A DNA stretch of 12,664 nt, from NCBI GenBank assembly GCA_045105515.1, contig JBGCDR010000117.1:1-12664 (forward strand), in the 5' to 3' direction. This document shows positions 8,607-12,664 of the stretch, one piece after another. Below the pieces are notes generated by a model. It saw only the letters and a list, made by a program, of their open reading frames with translations, did no database searches and was not told where the DNA came from. This DNA comes from Oligoflexales bacterium (GTDB lineage Bacteria > Bdellovibrionota_B > Oligoflexia > Oligoflexales > Bog-1112). Made by a program: the position numbers and the translations under genes. Within the stretch, counting starts at the first letter, position 1, and every line of letters begins with the position of its first letter.

Positions 8607-8802
8607 ATCTCCATATTTTTTTAGACAAAAAGAATGTTCACTAGCAAGCATTTCCTTCTTATTCCATTGCATGAATACTCCAAATTGATTAGCTTAGGGT
8701 ATCATCGTTCACCTTAAACTATGCTTTGATATCATAAGCAAATTGGAAGGAAACGTAGATAATACCTCTTAAAGTAAATCAACTTAATCACGAGGAGCTT
8801 AA

Positions 8803-9891
8803 ATGCAAATGGAAAATAAACTCTATACTCTGATTGGGCTATTAATTTTTTGTCAACTTAGCTCCTGTGGCTCATTGACCGGGAAGAAATCTAAAAGCAA
8901 AAAAGGTAGCTCCATTGAGTTCAAGAGTTTTAGAGAATACTGCACCGAACGGGATTCAGAACCTAGCCTTAAACACACAGTTAAGTTGCTCCTGGAATAT
9001 GTGCAGGCGGGCGCAGACTGTGAGCTAGCAAATGACAAACTCAGCAATGAAACTTCACTAACTTTCATCGCTGAATCCATAAGCGACGTTAGACCTTTTG
9101 CCAGCTTGAACAACCTAACAAGCCTGAATCTGCTCAACAATTTAATTTCTGACCCAAGCCCACTAAGTAAATTAGAGAACCTGACCAGACTACAGTTAGA
9201 AAAAAACAAGATTACTGATGTTTCTTCCCTAAAAAGTTTAACTCAGCTTGAATACTTGAATATCAAAAAGAACCAAATTGCAGATTTCTCAGATTTGAAT
9301 GAATTAACTGAACTTAAGGAACTGTATATTGCTGAGAATCATGTAAAAAATCTTGGAGACTTAAATAATTTGAACAAGCTTGAGACCCTAGATCTTTCAA
9401 GTAATCATCTCAAATCAATTGAAGGTCTTAGCGGATTAGACGAACTAAAAGTACTTCTATTATCAAATACCTGGATGAAAGATTACCAAGCTTTAAAAGA
9501 CCTCCCGAAGCTTGTTTCTCTCGACCTCAACAATGGACATATCTTTGACATAGGTTTTATCTCCGATTTTAAATCTCTACAGATTTTAAAAATTGCCAAC
9601 AACCATATTTCAAATATTTCTGCCCTAGAAGAATTAGTGAATCTCAAAGAGTGCTTCCTGAATCATAATTTCATCGAAGATATTTCTGTATTATCTAAAA
9701 TCGAAGGTTTGCAAGTATTGAATTTACGAAGCAATACTATAAACTCGGTAAATCCAATTAGTAATTTAACACAGCTCTCATCGTTGAATATGGAGAATAA
9801 CCCACTTGGTGATCGTATGAGAAAAGATGAAAGTAACTGCTTAGTGAGTGAAGAAAGCTCCGCGGTCTACCGAACATTCTGCACCCAATGA
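8803..9891 (+). CDS. Leucine-rich repeat (internalin/SDS22-like) lipoprotein
   Basis: 362 aa with strong SD GAGGAG at 8792-8797 and lipobox LSS-C after a hydrophobic stretch. About 12 repeats of 22 aa (L-x-x-L-x-x-L-x-L-x-x-N-x-I-x-D-x-x-x-L), with a Cys pair in both the N-cap and the C-cap. Confidence 0.9.
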   Translation: MQMENKLYTLIGLLIFCQLSSCGSLTGKKSKSKKGSSIEFKSFREYCTERDSEPSLKHTVKLLLEYVQAGADCELANDKLSNETSLTFIAESISDVRPFASLNNLTSLNLLNNLISDPSPLSKLENLTRLQLEKNKITDVSSLKSLTQLEYLNIKKNQIADFSDLNELTELKELYIAENHVKNLGDLNNLNKLETLDLSSNHLKSIEGLSGLDELKVLLLSNTWMKDYQALKDLPKLVSLDLNNGHIFDIGFISDFKSLQILKIANNHISNISALEELVNLKECFLNHNFIEDISVLSKIEGLQVLNLRSNTINSVNPISNLTQLSSLNMENNPLGDRMRKDESNCLVSEESSAVYRTFCTQ

Positions 9892-10041
9892 AAGCTCTAA
9901 GCATTACCCACAAGTAATTTATGTTGGAGATATCAGCACTTTGGTCACCTAGACTGTTATGGAGATGCCTCCTAATTATTGCCTGTGATCCATCGACGAA
10001 CTTCGGGTTATTCATATTTATGAGTAATGTTCAGATGAAAG

Positions 10042-12194
10042 CTAAAGGTCCTCTGACGATTCCGTTTCATCGACTGGGAATCCATACTGGGCACCATCAC
10101 TAAAAACTGAACCAAGCCCTTTTCCTCCCCACATAAGAACTGACTTATCGGTCCAGACAGCTCCATGGCTTGATCTACCAAATAGGGATGAATAGGCGGG
10201 AAGTTGTTGCCAAGTATCAGTTGCTGGAGAATAGATTCCTCCAGTGTTTAGGAAAGGTGAGGCATCATCCGTTCGCCCTCCCCAAATCATAAAATCTTTT
10301 CCAGTCCAAACTCCTGAAGCCAAATATCGAGCACTAGGAGCATTAACCATATTAATGTCAGCCCAAGTGTCATTTTCTGGATCGTAAAGCGCACCGCTCG
10401 CTAGGGCTAGACCATCAGCAGAGTTTAGCCCACCCCAAACTAAAACCTTGTCGCCTAACCAGACCATGTTGTGATCATGGCGTGGGGAAGGAGCATTTGT
10501 GACGCTAACTTCACTCCAAAGGCCTGAACCAGGGTCAAAAATAGCACCGTCATTTAGAGAAGAACTGCCGTCAAAACCACCCCAAACCATCAATTTATCA
10601 TTAATCCAAACGCCACCAAATTTTTCACGTGGACTTGGAGCACCAGCCTGCGGGAATGGAGTCCATGCATCATTTAGAGGATCATAGAAGGCACCATCAT
10701 CCAATGTCCCTGCATCGCTGCTTCCTCCCCAAACGTAGACATGCTCTAAACCCATAACTGTAATATGGCCAGACCTTGCAGAAGGTGCGTTGAGACTGGA
10801 AATTGTGGTCCATGAATCAGAGTTTGGATCATAACGACTGCCATCGCCCTTTACCACCATATTCCCATCGCTCTTAGAAACGCCTCCCCATAAGAAAACC
10901 TCACTACCAGTCCAGATTGCCCCACTACCATGACGCGCCTGAGGTGCAAGATCAGAAGACACCTTTTGCCAAGTACCTCCACCTTCGTTACTGAGAGGGT
11001 CAAATAAGAAGCCGTCGCCATAGGAGTCTGCATCTCCTCCAGCATCTCCTCCCCAGATAAAAACAAAGTTCCCAGTCCAAACAGCTGTATGTGAGCTTCT
11101 ACCTGAGGGTGCATTCTCACTACTTAATTGCGTCCATGTACCTTCTATAACTGAGCCTTCATAATTTGGCTCAGAGGCTATAATCGTAATACTATCTTCA
11201 TAAACTTGGCTCTCAATTCCATAGGCATTAAGGAATTTTAAATAAAGGTCTTAGGACCTTCAGAATCAAAGGTAAAGAAGCTTGATGATACAATAGGCTG
11301 CCAAGATGCATTCTGAAACAGGCTATCCTCGGAAATTTTCAAAAAACGAGCATTCTGCCCACCACCAATACTCACTGGTACAGTTCTTGAAGGGTATTCT
11401 TCTTTCTTACCAGCAAGAAATAGAAACCCTTCTTCACCATTGTCTATTTCCAATTTGATGTCAAAAGTGGGAATAGTAATAGCACTATCGACACCGATCG
11501 ATTCTATTTGTCCTTGATGATATCCTTCTTTTACGAAAAGAAGATTATTGGTTCCGGTAGGAACATAAGGTTCAATTGAATAGCTTCCGTCTGACTTCGT
11601 CATAGCCTCGTAGTGAGTGCCTGGAATAAATACACGAATTCCCTGATGGTCCTCTGCATCAGATAAGTAAGCATGACCAGTAATGAAACCAGGCTGAGTC
11701 AACTCTAAATCACCTTTGTTTAACCTTATCCCACCAACAAAAACCGTCTTCTCAATCCGCAAGGCTAGATCCTCGCCATTTTGTTGAAAGGTATCAGCAT
11801 TTAACTCGATGATAATATCATGCTTACCCTCAGGGATATAATCTATGAAATAAAATCCATCACTACTGTGTTTAACTACAAGCTCGTCTTGATAACCGAC
11901 GACGTAACCTCTGATTTGGCAGGGGTCTGTCGTTTCATGTTCGATCGAAAATACAAACTGTCCGTACGCAGATTTAATGGAGCTTAATTCATCTGAACAA
12001 TCCTCTAAATTAGGATCAGATTCCTGCTCTTGTTCCTTATATTTGCTTGGAATTTCCTGTCCTATCCGCTCCTCCAGAGCTTCTTCATCTATATCGTTTT
12101 CTTCTCCCATGGGAAGCTTCAGATCGCAACCATAAAAGTTGCTCAAAATGAGGATTAGAAGAAGCTTTTCAATTTTTGTAACATATACCATCAA
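10042..12194 (-). pseudogene. Lipoprotein with carboxypeptidase-regulatory-like beta-sandwich domains, an Ig-like domain and a C-terminal 7-repeat kelch beta-propeller; split by a 1-nt frameshift near 11247 (about 717 aa if repaired)
   Basis: ORF 11238..12194 (lipobox FYG-C; GFITGHAYL...GIRVFIPGTHYEAMTKSDGSYSI..VPTG) ends GPKT-FI*. The -1 frame from 11247 reads LYLKFLNAYGIESQVYEDSITIIASEPNYEGSVIEGTWTQLSSENAPSGRSSHTAVWTGNFVFIWGG... without a stop into ORF 10042..10962. Seven W...AP-x-x-R-x-x-H...W-x-G...WGG...G-x-x-Y/F-DP-like repeats. Confidence 0.88.
11030..11052 (-). repeat. Short 12-nt-period tandem repeat encoding GGDA-GGDA in the first kelch blade
   Basis: + strand GCATCTCCTCC-A-GCATCTCCTCC, an identical 11-mer at 11030-11040 and 11042-11052. 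Confidence 0.6.
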
Positions 12195-12232
12195 AATCCA
12201 GTCCTACTGACCAAAATCTTACGTATAAATCA

Positions 12233-12259
12233 AAGTCGGCGATCATTGAAAAATACTTA
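12233..12259 (-). promoter_or_regulatory. Candidate sigma28 (FliA)-type promoter upstream of the kelch lipoprotein gene
   Basis: Minus strand reads TAAG-TATTTTTCAATGATC (15 nt)-GCCGACTT, against the consensus TAAA-N15-GCCGATAA. The -10 element ends 38 nt before the start codon. Confidence 0.4.
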
Positions 12260-12464
12260 GAAATTGATTATTTTCCCATTAATAGTAGACAGTTATAGTA
12301 ACAATAAAACTGCGAACATTTCAGTAACCAATTGATTTCACTAAGCCTTCCTGCCTCAAACAAACTCTAGGAAATCCATCCAGTTAGAACTGAGTAAAAA
12401 ACATTCATTTTGACACACAAAATTGAAAAGAATTTTCTCTATAATAATTAGCTACTTAAATAAG

Positions 12465-12501
12465 TGAACTAAACAGTTCTTGATTTGAACCGTTTAGTTC
12501 A
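12465..12501. promoter_or_regulatory. 37-bp inverted repeat (operator pair or RNA hairpin/terminator)
   Basis: TGAACTAAAC-A-GTTC-[TTGATTT]-GAAC-C-GTTTAGTTCA has 15-bp arms with one mismatch, which is a G-U pair on the minus strand, and a 7-nt loop. The repeat is certain but its function is not. Confidence 0.55.
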
Positions 12502-12558
12502 ATATTATGACTAATAGGTCTTAAGAACTCTAGTTTGGACAAAAAAAACTCTCAAATC

Positions 12559-12664
12559 ATGCAGCGCGATATCGCCGAATTAAAGCTACCTAATATTTTA
12601 CTTTCCCGCGACAATCCATTGGAAATAGAATTGAGCAAAATAAAATCAACCGGTGAGAGATTTT
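12559..12664 (+). CDS. Possible 5' end of a CDS running off the window
   Basis: The frame is open from ATG 12559 (or in-frame TTG 12535) to the end and reads MQRDIAELKLPNILLSRDNPLEIELSKIKSTGERF. No clear SD and too short to identify. Confidence 0.3.
   Translation, partial: MQRDIAELKLPNILLSRDNPLEIELSKIKSTGERF

Noticed and set aside
1159..11120. Shadow ORFs from the track (1159..1581, 1941..2402, 2839..3063, 3133..3375, 4147..4449, 4519..5232, 7880..8089, 8853..9209, 9758..10015, 9921..10103, 10499..10687, 10851..11120)
   Set aside because: They are antisense or off-frame overlaps of better-supported genes and have no recognisable motifs. 10851..11120 is an alternate frame of the hidden kelch segment.
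11238..11255. Programmed -1 ribosomal frameshift or phase variation in the kelch gene
   Set aside because: There is no in-phase X XXY YYZ heptamer, the homopolymer runs are only 2-3 nt, and the short product would end inside an Ig-like domain.
1..12664. Alternative genetic code (TGA=Trp/Gly, or TAA reassigned)
   Set aside because: The Trp-rich kelch and LamG regions use only TGG. TGA ends the LamG and LRR genes at natural C-termini and TAA ends the kinase and ATPase. Only isolated internal stops of different types occur.
1..12664. CRISPR array, rRNA/tRNA, transposase, integrase, phage or defence genes
   Set aside because: No regularly spaced DNA repeats, RNA-gene signatures or matching protein motifs were seen. 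The long repeats present are degenerate protein-domain repeats.

Overview
AT-rich bacterial accessory region with no RNA genes, CRISPR array or mobile element that I can see. From left to right: a 7TM-DISM-type sensor histidine kinase (+) split by an in-frame TGA at a Trp-expected position; a small exported or membrane hypothetical protein (-); a SERCA-like P2A Ca2+-transporting P-type ATPase (-) split by one in-frame TAA; a divergent 63-aa single-pass membrane ORF (+); then three predicted lipoproteins. These are a 905-aa (Calx-beta + LamG-like)x2 protein (+), a Cys-capped internalin-like LRR protein (+), and a CarboxypepD_reg-like/Ig-like/7-kelch protein (-) split by a 1-nt frameshift. The clearest unusual signal is that three of the five large genes are each split by a single clean lesion, consistent with recent pseudogenisation or assembly error; recoding is less likely. 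Also notable are a calcium-themed gene neighbourhood, a sigma28-like promoter, and a 37-bp inverted repeat built from two GAAC-N6-GTTC boxes. The gene repertoire resembles Oligoflexia/Bdellovibrionota, which is inference only. I found no firm evidence of a new system; the candidates below are hypotheses.
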